64,000 nucleotides of DNA from Saccostrea cucullata (Eukaryota): positions 62,001 through 126,000 of the forward strand of contig NW_026932625.1 of assembly GCF_032062105.1 (NCBI RefSeq), given 5' to 3'. The notes beneath the pieces are model-generated. The model saw only the letters and a program-made list of their open reading frames with translations. It had not been told where the DNA came from and made no database searches. The first letter of the stretch is position 1; each line of letters starts with the position of its first letter. Made by a program: the position numbers and the translations under genes. Positions 12,054 to 25,700 of the stretch are shown one piece after another.

Positions 12054-14521
12054 TTAGAACTTTCTGTAATGAATATATAAAAAGTACACAAGTATGAACA
12101 GGCCAGCCACTTTCCCTAGAGCAGTAATAAGGAACAAGTCCGCCACTGTTAATTTATTCATGAAGTAGAAAGCTCTGGCCTTTATTTCTTCATGAGGATT
12201 GAACCCTCCTTGCCCCGCCCATTGCCTGGGGTCGTCCTGTGGATTGAATCCTCCCCATTGTCTGGAGTCGTCTCTGTGACTATTGTGGTTCTGATTCTGC
12301 TGTTGATGTGCGTTAGGACCGGACTGGTTTCGACTTTTCTTGATCCAGTCTTCGTACATCTCCTGGTGCTGTTTATAGTACCTCTGTATGACTTCCTGTT
12401 CAGACATGTGTTCTGTATTGTGAGTCCTGAAGGTTAATTACAATTGTTTTAACTTTGGTTGTAAACGTGTCATTTGATTGGGTAAAATAGCCTATATGCT
12501 ATGACCCATGTTGACTACATCATGACTTACATCAAAAAGGTATCAGATGATATATTTTAAAATATACAGTTTGATGGCATTTTGAAGGAGAAATTGATTT
12601 ATTTTCTATATTTTTAAAAATTTATAAGGAATACCGGTAAATTTAATAGCTATCCAAGTTATACAGGTATGACCTGGGTTGAAACAGATGAGCAATAGAA
12701 ACACGAATACAGATATCAGTATTTTTAGTTACGTACGTTGTATAACTTTTGTTGACCTTGGCCCTTGACTGTAAATCTTTGTACATTTGAACGTCATAAC
12801 TGGTTCTTTCTTTGGGGTCACTTAAAACGTTGTATGCTTCTCGAAGTCGGATAAATTTCTGCTGAGCTTGTGCATCACCTGGATTCGCATCTGGATGCAA
12901 CTGAATATAAATATAAGAGTCATTTTATTTCAACAAAATAAAAATAAATTAGGGAATAACTATCTTCTAATTTGGTATTTGCGACCGTTAATGCTGATTT
13001 AACGGTCGCAAACTGAGTTTTACCGGCGACGCGCAAGCGGAGCCGGTAAAACGGATGTTTGCGACCGTTAAATCAGCATTAACGGTCGCAAATACCAAAT
13101 TAAAAGTTTAGTTATTCCCATTCTAATGCAATCCATGCATTTTGTTTGTTGTTTCGTCTTATTTTGTTGAATTTTGTTACATGAAATACGTCACGGAGCA
13201 TTGTATATTTGCGTAGATCTATTATGACGTCACAATGAAAAAACTTTCAAGCTCGTTAATGCTCGTTTTACTGCTTCAAACATCAGTGCATTAGCCAATC
13301 AAAGAGTGTTTTACAAAACAATTGCATTAGAATTTCAAAAAACACTCATGAAATGCATTTCATTTTAAAGAAACAAAATTATAAGGTTGTCCTCATTTCA
13401 ACCATTATGTCTCAAGTTAAAGAGAGCACATTATTGACAGATTCTCAAAAAATTCATAATTAATTCATATGTAACTTTTTTTTTTATCGCGTACTTTTTT
13501 ACTCATAGAAATATATGCTTGTTTGATTTCTTTAGTATTGGCTTGTCTTCCCACTCCCAAGATATCATAATGTGTCAGGGATGCTGCAGTGGAATACCTA
13601 CAACAAACGATTATTCATATTTATTGGCAGATTAAAACTGTTTAATATTTATATGGAACATGTCATTTTTTCTTTTATAAATTAAATGTAGATTGAACAC
13701 AAAACAAAAAAAAAAATAAATAAATGGCAAAAATACTTTCAATGTGTCCATATAATGTGAACATATAATAAGTAGTCGGCTAGCTGCAGATCTGTAGCTC
13801 TCCGAAAAAATATATTGATAGACCGGAGAGCTACAGATCCACCCATTGAAAAAAATATATATTTATTGCGCACAAATAAATGCGCTTGGTTCTGGATAAA
13901 TTCTTCCAAATTTTTACCTCAATTGCAAAAAAGGGAAGTTTTAAAAATTCCTTTCTCCTCTATCAAGTACTCTCGTAGTTGACATCTGAACGAAGCATAT
14001 TGGACCGAATTATCTTTGAAACCAAAATGGCATTATAAACAAGCGAAATGTTCTCTGATTACAATATCAGGGTCAGGAGGACTATTAACAACATTTATGA
14101 GGAATGTTTGGTTGTGGAAACAGCGAAAGAATATGTTAGGAACATACGGTTTGTAATATTTTGAGATCACAGTTTTAAAAACATAGAGAAATAAATCGAG
14201 AACCGAGCGCATTTTTTTGTGCGCAATAAATAAACAGTTTTTTCAATGGGTGGCTCTGTAGCTCTCCGGTCTATCAATATATTTTTTCGGAGAGCTACAG
14301 ATCTGCAGCTAGTAGTCGGCATGAATAGACTTGAAGTTTTGAAACAAAGTATAATATATATTGCTTTGTAAACTTTGTACATAGTGTCTCAACTGCAACT
14401 TGTCATTTACATTTTGCTAATGGAACTTAATTCGAGTACTAATGTACCTTTGAAAGCAGTTCTTGTTCAAAGATGTCACCTGCCATTTCACAGAATATTT
14501 TAATATCCAGAAAAAACACAT
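12054..14521 (-). CDS. DNAJC4: DNAJC4-like J-domain protein, paralogue C
   Basis: Exons 14521-14448, 13597-13495, 12900-12737, 12426-12054: MCFFWILKYS...THYDILGVGRQANTKEIKQAYISMSKK|[28 protein letters not shown]...VAGLFILVYFLYIHYRKF*. Confidence 0.8.
12950..13332. mobile_element. Nested-palindrome non-autonomous element (Crypton-like, tentative)
   Basis: ~170-bp palindrome (GGGAATAACT...AGTTATTCCC) whose arms each contain the hairpin TTTGCGACCGTTAA-n7-TTAACGGTCGCAAA. Followed by the pair TTCTAATGCAAT (13121) / ATTGCATTAGAA (13321). Confidence 0.55.
13781..14311. mobile_element. MITE with long TAG...CTA TIRs and 9-bp TSD (AcademH- or MULE-like), copy 1
   Basis: TIR TAGCTGCAGATCTGTAGCTCTCCGAAAAAA, ~100 bp arms. 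TSD GTAGTCGGC at 13772-13780 and 14312-14320. Confidence 0.85.
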
Positions 14522-16086
14522 AGTTCTGATTCTTTGCACATGGCTTCTTTCCTAAAAATATAAAGACAAAAAAATCGACTATGTTAATAAAAAACAATTG
14601 GATATTTAACACATAAAATGCGCCGATTCATGATGCAGATCATATACATACTTATTTTAAACTCGGACACCTTTCATCAACTACAGTATCAAGGTGTTAG
14701 ACAAAGTTACATTAAATAAATGGTGTCATCAAAGATCATTGTATGAATTGTCCTTATTGAACAATTTGCAGCCATTTACCGAAGACTGTATCCGACAATA
14801 CCTTTCAATTCTCTCTCAATTCAACAGACACGACAGTGACGACTGACAGTGACTGTGACATTTCTCTGTGGGCCAAACCGGAAGCATAAGTGTGAACAAT
14901 AAATACCGGTGAAGAAGCGTTAATTCCGGAAAGTGACGTTCGAAATGAAACCTTTTCACGAGTTCCTTTCTCCCAAGCAAGAAGCCCGTAACTTTATGGC
15001 TTTATACATGAAACAAACGTCAACAATGAAAAATAATGTGTACTTCTAATGCGTTTGAAGCGATCTGACGTTTCTGTCTAAATTATTCCTGTAAGTGTAA
15101 CACCCCCACCACCCCGAATCATTTCTACTACTCAATGGCATATCTTTCTTTATTGCTGTAATAGACTGTAATAAATATATAAATGTTCTTTGTTTTTTAA
15201 GCTGTTAAGGTGGTTTTTTCCTTCACGAGTTGGGCCAATTATTATTTTTTCCAAATTCCCCTTTGAAATGAAATTAATGCTTCCATAAATAGGATTTACT
15301 AACATTAGAGGCCCATTTGAATGCACATTGTTGTTTTCCTGGTCAATTCACCTTTCACAACTCAAAATCTTCATCTTTTATTAAACATTATTATACCTCT
15401 ACTGATTTTTTTCCTATTTAAAATTTGGGCAGTAAAATGTGAATAATTCCCAAGAAATCTCTTTGAATGGACTAATCCTAGTGCGTTAATCAAATGAGCC
15501 AATCCCTGCTTCGGAAGCTAATTCCCTGGTTATCTGTAATCCTCTAGAATTTACTTTTGTTTCATTCTAATATGTTAATGGACTAATCCCCATGTGTTAG
15601 TGCGGAATCTTTTTTCTACAAAACAGTGTTCTCAGAACTCCTACTCTAAACTCTGCAGCAGCCAATTCCTCTCTTGGTATACAATTGCTGGTGCCTTGTG
15701 GATATCCCGTAAGGTTTGAAAATTTCTTATCTGTGAGCACAACTCTCTCTCTATCTCTCTATCTCTCTCTCTCTATCACTCTCTCTCTCTATCTCGATCG
15801 ACTCCCCCAGTACCTGATCTTGCAAATTATCAATACAAGTATAACTCTTAGCTGTTGGAAGAAACTTACACATAAACTTTTGAGTCTGATTACTTTTCAT
15901 TATCTTCAAATTTCTATTACCTTGGATAGAAAAATGCCATTTGATGATGTTTAATTATTCACAATCCAACAATTTTCTCCCTTTTATTTATGATGTGAAA
16001 CTAACATTAATCTATGAAAAGTACATGTATAATACTCATAAACATGTATGCATATAATTAAGATTGGCAAACAAAACAGTACTTTA

Positions 16087-16348
16087 GGCCATGCAAAATT
16101 AATTCCTTGGTTCTCAGGCCTTTTTTCAAGAAATATGATGAGGGAGGGAGGCATTTTTTTTTTTTACTTTTTATTGCCCCCAAAACATGATGAGGCAGCT
16201 TTTTACATTGTACAAAACCTCAAAAAATGATGAGGGAGGTGATTTGTTGTTTTTATTTTATTGATTTAGCAATAAAAAGGGTCAATGAGGCGCCCTTGGA
16301 AGAGATGAGGGAGGGCCTGAGAACCAAGAAATTAATTTTTTTTGGCCC
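16087..16348. mobile_element. GG...CC MITE (PIF/Harbinger- or Zator-like)
   Basis: GGCCATGCAAAATTAATTCCTTGGTTCTCAGGCC / GGCCTGAGAACCAAGAAATTAATTTTTTTTGGCCC, flanked by TTA/TAA. Confidence 0.6.
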
Positions 16349-16799
16349 TAATTGATTCTTTATGCTGCCTCTTTTCATTTAAGACATAAACTTGTTTTGC
16401 AAGACTTATTTTCTCAATTTAAGTGCATCATAGTTAATTTAATTTAATCAATATTTTATTATGTAAAATTACATAATTGGATTGGACATCAGACATGGCC
16501 TATATAAGTCCTCTTCTTGTATCATAGTTAAAGTCACAAAACCTGTTCAATGCATATACTGACAAGAAAGCATTCAACAAAACTAGATATGACTGATTAT
16601 CTGTACTAAATTATAATGTGAAATAATCACAACAGATACCGAATATGAGGTTTGCTAGCTCTCAAATCATCAAAACCTCCTCAAACTGTCTTTAATCAAA
16701 AGACTGTACATGTATGTGTAAGATCTTCATAAGATCTTGATTCACAATTGTGTACCATTACTGTGTACTTAGCACTTGACAGATATTGTGTACAGAATG

Positions 16800-19700
16800 T
16801 CACTTGACTGTGATTTTGGCCGCATTCTTGTCTGACACTGTATACTCGTCCCATTTTTTCTCTGGATCATACGGTTCCCATCGACTTGCTGGGAATATGT
16901 GCTTGTTCCTTTCGTACCAGGTTCTGAGACAAACTTTCCCGGCGTGTGATTCGTCCTTCTCCACTGAAGCATCACTAAGAAGCCTCACGTCGTCATGAAC
17001 GTCAAAACTGAACAGTGGACCACTTTTACCCCGAGCCTTGGTAACGATAAAATCATAGAATGTGTAATGATGGGGAATGATTAAGTCCTCTTTGACATAC
17101 ATTAACTGGTCGACGGAGACAACTTTGAGGTCATTAAATTCCCGTCGGAGGGTCTCTAAACACTTCTGTAGGAACTGCTGGATGCTGTTTCCTTTCTTCA
17201 TCCTGGCCTGCCGTCTGTGTCCTGACCCGTCCCAGTAACTGTACGTTATGTCTATCTCTTCATTCTTCATTCTCTCCTGCTTTTCTTCCCATTCCTGGCG
17301 AAGTTGTTCCCTGTGAAATGTAAACATGAATGTTTATGGGAATTTCCTGAGAAACACTGACAAGTACCTTAGCTTCAAAGAGAAAATAAGCAACAAATTA
17401 GTCAATGATCTGTCAAATTATAATGTACCAGTATACTGTTCATCAACCCTAATACAACTTTGACTTGTAAGTCTTTTTAAGCAGCATCAATGAAAAGGTA
17501 CTTTATATACTGGGTATAAAAACACAGTGAGTAGGGAGAGTTTTTACTGGAATCCTATTTTAAATTTAAAACTGCTTGGGCACAGAATTGAAATTAATAT
17601 TTCTTAAATTTTCGGTATAATGTCATGACTTATTTGTTGCTATAGCAATTCACATGGAAAATAATAAAAACAAAAGATGTTTGTGAAACACTTATGCCCC
17701 CTGCCCCAAATATTTGGAATTTTTCCAAGTCCAAGGGACATAACTCTGTCAAAATGGCTCGATCGTACCCAAAACAACAGAACTTAATCTGGATATTCTT
17801 ATGATAAATATATATAGTAAATTTCATTTCAGTATATGCAACCTCTGCAAAGAAAGTGAATTGAAACTGCAAATAATTGGAATTTTTCTAAGTCCAAGGG
17901 GCATAACTCTATCCAAAATAGCTCAATCATACCCAAAATAGAACTTTACCTAAATACAATGTATTCTTATGATAAATCTGTATTTTATTTCAACAAGTAT
18001 AACCTATGCATAGAAAATGAACAGAAACTGCAAATAATTGGAATTTTTCAAAGTTCAAGGGACATAACTCTGACTCAGTCCAAAATGGCCCCATTGTACC
18101 CAAACCTTGAAACCTTAAAACTTGACCTAGATATTCTTATATATCATGTATATTCAATTCATTTATTGACAACACCATCATACATTGGCATATAGTCATG
18201 AATACAACAATTAACATACATGAAATAAAATATCAAAGAAAGCATATCAGGTTTGTTGAAGGTTTTCTTTCCTAATATCAAAGCACTTTTTCAAAAAGTT
18301 ACAAACTCTCCTAGCAGTTCTAATACTTGTAGGATTGATAATGTCAATAATAGGGTTTTCCTTCATGTAACAGTGTGCATTGAATATATCGTAATATTGT
18401 AATCTACATTGATCATAACTAGGACAATAAAGTACAAAATGGTTTTCATTTTCAATAAAAAATTTACAAAAATGACATACACGTTTTCCTCTAGGAATAG
18501 GTGGCCTTGAGTATCTCCCCATTTCAATATGTAGGGTATGAGCACTAATTCTTAGTTTTGTTAGGATTGTTCTTTCAGATTTCTTCAATGGTAATTCTAG
18601 ATAGTTTTGTAATTTATATTCATTTAAATCAATTATACTACTATAAAAAGTTAATTTCCAAGAATTTGATTTAGAAATGTTCTTTAACTGTTCACTGATC
18701 TTGTTTCTATAATGTTCCTCTAATTTACATTTTAAAGTTTTATGTGATATGTTCAATGAGGATAAAGACAATTTCTGTTGTAGAGTATAAAGCTTCCTTT
18801 GCCAAGATATTCTAGATCCCAGTGTTTTATCTTCCTTAAATGCAGACACCACTAATTGGTCATTATAATCATTTTCTCTCTCTCAGTTTTTCAGTCTTAA
18901 ATAAAATTTATACATATTTATCACAACACAAATAAAATACTGGGAACTGTCCCAACTCATATAGAACAGCAATATTAGATGATTTTCTATGAACACGTAA
19001 AATGTCTTTAAAAATCTGGTGTTGTATTTTTTCAAATGGAAAGTGATCTGAGGATAATAAATCACATTTGTAGTCTGCTATCCATATTTCAGAACCATAA
19101 GTTAAGATTGGAGTAATCATAGATCTATAAAGTTTAAGCATTGTCTTTACAGAAAAATTTGTATTAGCTGGAAAATTGGTTTTTATAGCATAATAAACTT
19201 TTCTAGCTCTTTCTGACAGTTGTTCTGCTGAGAATTTCATTTTTCCATCAGATTTAAACACTAGTCCCAGATATTTATACTGATTTGTTATTTCTATACG
19301 GCTATGATTATAGTAAAACCAATACTCATTTTCACAATTTGTACTTTGAGAAAAAATCATAACATTTGTTTTTTCCATGTTCACACACAATTTCCAATCA
19401 TGACAATATTTACCTAAAATATCTATACATTTCTGTAATATCTGTAAACCAAATTTCATTTCAATATGTGCAACCTCTGTAAAGAAAATGAATGGAAACC
19501 AGAGCTCCAGATAAGGTGCATATATATTTACAAAGTACGCACTGAAAATTAAAATAAAGCGTACAATTATGCATTAGCAATCATAGATATTATAAGCATT
19601 ACACCACCAAGGTACAGCGTACAACAGGTTGAAAAAATACAGGTATAACTTACTTAATGATATGAAATGAATTGAGGTTAATTCAGTGTTTGGTTTTTCT

Positions 19701-22700
19701 CAAAACGAAGTACAGATTTAAAAGCCTTTTAGTGACCAGGAATATTTTAGTAATGGCAACAACGATCTCCATTTAGGGAGGAAGAATCAGAGATTTAGAT
19801 TTCTATAAATAGAAAAAATATGCACTCCTATAACTTTTTTATTATGGGTTCATAGCCAATTTTTCCTTTCTCTCAATTTGCCATATTAATGAAGATTCTT
19901 TTCTATCAGTTTACTCTTGATACGATATCTTAATAGAAAGAAAGTTTTCTGTGTCTCTGACTCAATGGTACCTTGACCTATGTATTATCTTAGAATTCCT
20001 TGTCAAAACAGAATGCTTTCCAAGTTTTGCAAAAAGTCTTGTTGGTATTTTCAAAATTTATTTAAATAAATGGATGTAGGAACAGACCTTTGTAGTTTTT
20101 TCCCTCTTCAAAAACACTTATATTTCGATTACAAGATTAAAATCAAAATAAATGTCAAAACATTTATATGTAAACAGAATACTCTTCAATCATTTTGCTT
20201 AAACTCAAAATCTGCATTGATTTGAAAATTAGGGAGTAAATACACTTTGGGGTAAAAAATTACCTGGAGCTCTGGGAAACTGATGGTGGACCAACAGACA
20301 GACTGACCGACTGACAGACAGCAGCAAAGCAATATGCCCTCCCTTCTTTGAACGGAGGCATAACTAGATAAGTTATTATAGGCAGTTGATACCTGAGCTT
20401 GTTTTCCTCTTCCTCTCTGTCGCGATCTGGCAGGAAGCTCGTATCTACATCAGGATTCTTCCCTGTAAAAAGTTTCATTGTAAGTGAGTATGTTCTTATC
20501 TGTAAGATAACAGTGATTAAAAAATAATAAATGTGAAGTAAGCACACAAAGATTGCCTATTCAATGATGTTTCTAAAGAGTATCAACAAAATCTGTTACT
20601 AGATGCTGTCATGAGACAGTAATACCCGCACTATGGTGTTTGCCTCTAAATATACACTCATTCATATTGGACTTTCCAAGGAAGAAGTCAAAATAATTCT
20701 ATAATTATCACCGTACATGTATTCGTCAAATTGAACATAAAATTTTCAGATGACCATATCAACTCTCAGAGCCTCACATATGTATTTTAAAATACTTAAT
20801 TCATAACCAGTCTGAAATAACAGAATTTAATTAATGATTGAAGTGAATTACTTAATTAGATTCAAATAAATAATTTTCCCATAATTTGGAACTTTTTAAA
20901 TTTACTTTCTCAACGACATAAAATATTATTTTAGTACAAAGCGTTTTTGATGAATTTATCAAAATGTGCAAACTGATTTTAGTATTTGGTCGGGCAAAAA
21001 ACCCATTGAAAATACAACCCGATTAATTTGTCAATGCCTATCTCCCACCCCCCCCCCCCCCCCCCCCCCCACACACACTCTCTCTCTCTCTCTCTCACTC
21101 TCACTTTTTTTAAAAACATAGTTTAGTTTATTATGATAGTTTGAAATTTGTTCTTGTACTAAACAGTTTTATTTTTTACATTCACATTGGGTTTGCGTCA
21201 CCCATTATCATATTTATAGATATCACCTCTCGGCACACCTCGGCCAATTCATACTGGCAACGGAATCAGCAAAGGTTTGTCGAATGAGATTATTTAGCAC
21301 ATGTATGCTGACGATGCAGTGTGGTCAGTTAAAATCATTTGTGTTTTAATTGGATTATATGGATTATATTTCATGAATTCGTTGTCACGACCTATGACAT
21401 TCGGTAAGTACAAGATTTAGTATAGATTGCATAAAAATAAATAAATGCAAATGGTTAGGTTGAAGTTCAAAAAGGGTCAACATGGTCAAAGATCATCGCA
21501 TGCCACAGTCGACAAATTTCACATTGTCAAGTTATCTCCCGTTGCGGACATTCAGTAGGCTATATAACAGACGCAGATCCAGAATTTTTTTTTCAGAAAG
21601 GGGGGGGGGGTGTAACACCTCAGTCAAAAAAATCAGCCCAAGATTTCCTGAGATGGAAATAAAAAATAATAATAAAAACAATGATGGTGGAGTCCCTGTT
21701 TTCTAAGGGGGAGGATGTCCAAAGTCATTTTTATTCTCTACAGTACATATATAGTCTTATTTAAATAACTGCTAATTCCAGGGGGGGGGGGGGGTCTGAT
21801 CTCCCTAGCCACTGACTCCCTGTACCTGAAATGACAATTGATCTTCTGACTCCATAATAGTAGAAAATTTTTTCATTTGACTATTTATACATATTTTGTT
21901 TCCTATGTTTATGTATTTTTGTTTGTCCACGGAAACTTTAACCTTGCCCATATTTTTTAAGTGGATTGGGCTATACACATGGCTTCAATATTTCATAGGT
22001 AAATTTCTTTTGGCAAAACCTTTTAATGGGTACCACCAATTTTGACCTCTTGATCTCTTGACCTTGGAGTTTGACCCAATTTTACAAGAAAAATACCTTG
22101 AACTAGGCGTAAGTTTTGAACAGGTGGTGCTAGGACTTTCATGCTCTTACATGTGTAATCATTGTGAACTTTCAACAGGTATAATTATTTTTGACCTAGA
22201 CCTTAGAGTTGAATCCAATTTAACTTTAACCTTGGCAATAACTTTTGAACAGGTTAGGAAGTTCTAGGGATTTCTCCCTTTTTTCACATTTGTATTCCTT
22301 GTGACAAGACTTTCCCTTTGATACCAACAATTTAGACCCTTTGACCTTGACCTTGGAGTTTGACTTACATTTGAGAAACTTCAACCTTTGCCAAAAGCTG
22401 CCATAACAGTTGCTTTCACAACAAACAAACAAATTACTAAAAAAAACACAGAATACATGTACATATTTTATATTCAACAGATATACATCTGGTCATATCT
22501 CTAGTTCTCCCTTGAATGAGACATGGTGATATAAATTTTAAAAAATAATTATAAGAGTTGAAAAGGTTGTGCATATTGAAATATACTAAGCTCTGCGGAT
22601 GAATTAGATATACCAGTTTAGCTTTATTTTGCTACCCAAAGCACCTTGATTAACTATTTACGAGGGTTGTTCGAAAAGTTCGTGGACGGTGTAATTTTCT

Positions 22701-25700
22701 CCGAAGATTTGTTGCAATTCGAAAAATTTTGTATATTACATTAAATGATAATATATTTTGAAATAATATGCAAAATTTCAGTCAGTTTTACTTACATTTA
22801 TTAAAGTTATACCAATTTTTGTGATACATTGTCAATGCCCGCGGAGCAACTGTGGCGTAATTTTTCTGACGTCGTTACGTCGCTATGTTTTATGAATAAT
22901 CTTCCATCTTCTTAGAAACTCTTTCGATGCTACGATCCGCCGATTTTTTCGTCCGTAGAAAGTAATTTCGGCATCAAACGAGTACAAACCTTTTCAAATC
23001 CAAGATATTTTGTGATTATTTCATACGCATAGACGTACTTATTTCAAATTTATTCGATTTATCTCTTACTACTAATCTTCTATCTTTGTCAAGATCTTGT
23101 AACATTGACGCCGTCAAGTCAGAATCAATAGGTGGAGGTCTTTCTGACTTTTCGTCAAGTTTAATCACATCGACCTTCTTTAATTCGTTTATACAACTTG
23201 TACACCATTCATCTTGATACTTTTGACCTATCCCCAAGTTCATCTAGCTATATTGTTTTGTCTCAAAAGGAGTCTTTCCAGCTACCATACAAAATTACAT
23301 CACAGCGCACTGCTCTGTGGCGTCCAATTCTTGCGCCGTTTTCAACGGTGAATCGAGACCGTCCCCTTTCATTATGAATCGGTAAGCTGAGAACCACTTG
23401 CTTTAAATAACTGAAACTTCTCAAATATGACGAGTGCATGTTATTGTGACTTCATATTTAATATCATAGATTTTGTGCGCATAATCTAAAACAAATTTTG
23501 TAATGACGATATCGACTTAAAATATTCATATACGCAGAAAACGAGGATGCTCCGCGACCCCTTTCTAAAGAAATTAGAACGGCTTTAAAATTTTTATTCA
23601 ATGGACCCCAAAATTGAAAAGTTGTATTTTTACTGGAAACATGGTATAATAAAAGTATATAAAGTTTCACTTCAAACATACAAATACAGCGGTCAGTACC
23701 GAACCCGTCCACGAACTTTTCGAACAACCCTCGTATAAGCATACTGTTTTCTGAAATGTACTGATTTCTGTTGTCCATCTGTTTATCTGCAAACTTTTCA
23801 CATTAACTTCTTAAGAACCACTGGGCTAATTTCAACCAATTTACATTTAAATATGCAGGGTACTTTTTAAGCGCCCGGATCGATAGATCCCGGGCGTATA
23901 TTGTTTTTGTCCTGTCTGTTTGTCTGTTTGTCTGTTTATCTGTTTGTCTGTTTGTCAACTTTAACCTTGGCCATAACTTTTGAACAATAAGGGATAGAGA
24001 CTTCATATTTGGTAAGCATACTCCACTAATAAAGTCCTTTCAAATGACTTCAAGGTCAATGACCTTGTGACCTTGACTAAGACTTATATGCTAAAAATAG
24101 CTTTTTCCACTGTTTGTCATAACTTTTGAACCATAGGAGATAGGGACTTCATATTTGGTATGCATACTCCACTAATAGAGTCCTTTCAAATGACATCAAG
24201 GTCAATGATCTTGTGACTTTGACTGTGACCTATATGCTAAAAATAGCTTTTTACACTTTTTGCCATAACTTTTGAACCATCAGAGATAAGGACTTCATAT
24301 TTGGTATGCATACTCCACCGATTAAGTTCTTCCAAATGACACCATGGTCAATGACTTTGTGACCTTGACTGTGACCTATATTCTAAAAATAGCTTTTTCT
24401 ACTGTTTGTCATAACTTTTGAACCATAGGAGATAGGGACTTCATATTTGATATGCATACTCCACCGATAAAGTCCTTTCAAACGACGGCAAGGTCAATGA
24501 TCTTGTGACCTTGACTGTGACGGATATGCTAAAAATAGCTCTTTACACTTTTTGCCACAACTTTTGAACCATAGGAGATAGGGACTTCATATTTAGTACG
24601 CATACTCCACTGATTAAGTTCTTTCGAATGACACCATGGTCAATGACCTTGTGACCTTGACTGTGATCAATATGCTAAAAGAAGATTTTTTTAACTTTGT
24701 TGCCGCCGGGCGCATAGTGTTTCACAAACACATCTTGTTCCAACATAAATCTTCTTCTCAAGAACAGCAAAGACATTTATTGTCCCCATTTTTGCTAAAG
24801 GTAGGGTACATTAAATCTCATTTGTTTGTCAATCTGCCCATCTGTCACAATAAATTTAACCTTGGTCATCATGGTCGTATATTTTGAATGAGAAGAGATA
24901 GGACTTTTATATTAAACATGTGTATTAGTATTAAATGGGACAATACCATTCTACATACACTATGATTTTCATTACCCATGATCTTGAAGTTTGACCTAAT
25001 TTCCTTAAAAAATTAATTGCTTTGAATTGATCATTTTGAAAGATAAATGAAAGGGCATTCATATTACCTGTGATAAGACCTTCCAAAATGTATCATGACT
25101 TTTTGACTCTGTGACCTTGACCTTGAAGTTTAACTTAGTTTTCATTAATGTTGTATTTCCTTTTCATTGAGAAGAGATTTGACTTTCACATTTCAAGTGA
25201 ACATTACCCATAACAAGAGGCTCCCAACATGCTATGATTTTTTACCCCTTGACCTTGATGTTTTAACAAAATTTCAAAAGAGTGAACTCTCCCAAAAGAT
25301 GATAAGACCACTGTTTAAAACAAAAAAGGAGTTTAGGGAAGACTGGGCTTTTTCCATAAAAAACGTCATTTTTCAACCCTCATTTGACCCCCTGGGCAAA
25401 ATCAAAATTCCGAAACCTAACTGCACATCTACATGACCCAACCAACCATCTCCCAAAGATGATTAGGATGCTGAATAAAATGTAAGAGGAGTTCAGGGAA
25501 GATGGGGCTTTTTCCATAAAAAACATCATTTTTCGACCCTTATTTGACTCCCCGGGGCAAAATCAAAACTCCGAAACCTACCTGCACATCTGCATGACCC
25601 CACCAACCATCTCCTAAAATATGATTAGGCTGCTGAATAAAATGTAAGAGGAGTTCAGGGAAGATGGAGATTTTTGCATAAAAAACGTCATTTTTCGACC

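Larger units (their letters stand above)
17669..20363 (+). mobile_element. HINE-type element with ~167-bp units, interrupted by two nested insertions
   Basis: Start AACAAAAGATGTTTGTGAAACACTTATGCCCC and end GCAGCAAAGCAATATGCCCTCCC...GGCATAA match the uninterrupted copy at 61601-62363. Confidence 0.8.

Noticed and set aside
15015-15073. AAACGTCA...TGACGTTT stem with terminal CTGA, superficially like a C/D snoRNA
   Set aside because: No RTGATGA box C and no identifiable guide; insufficient support.
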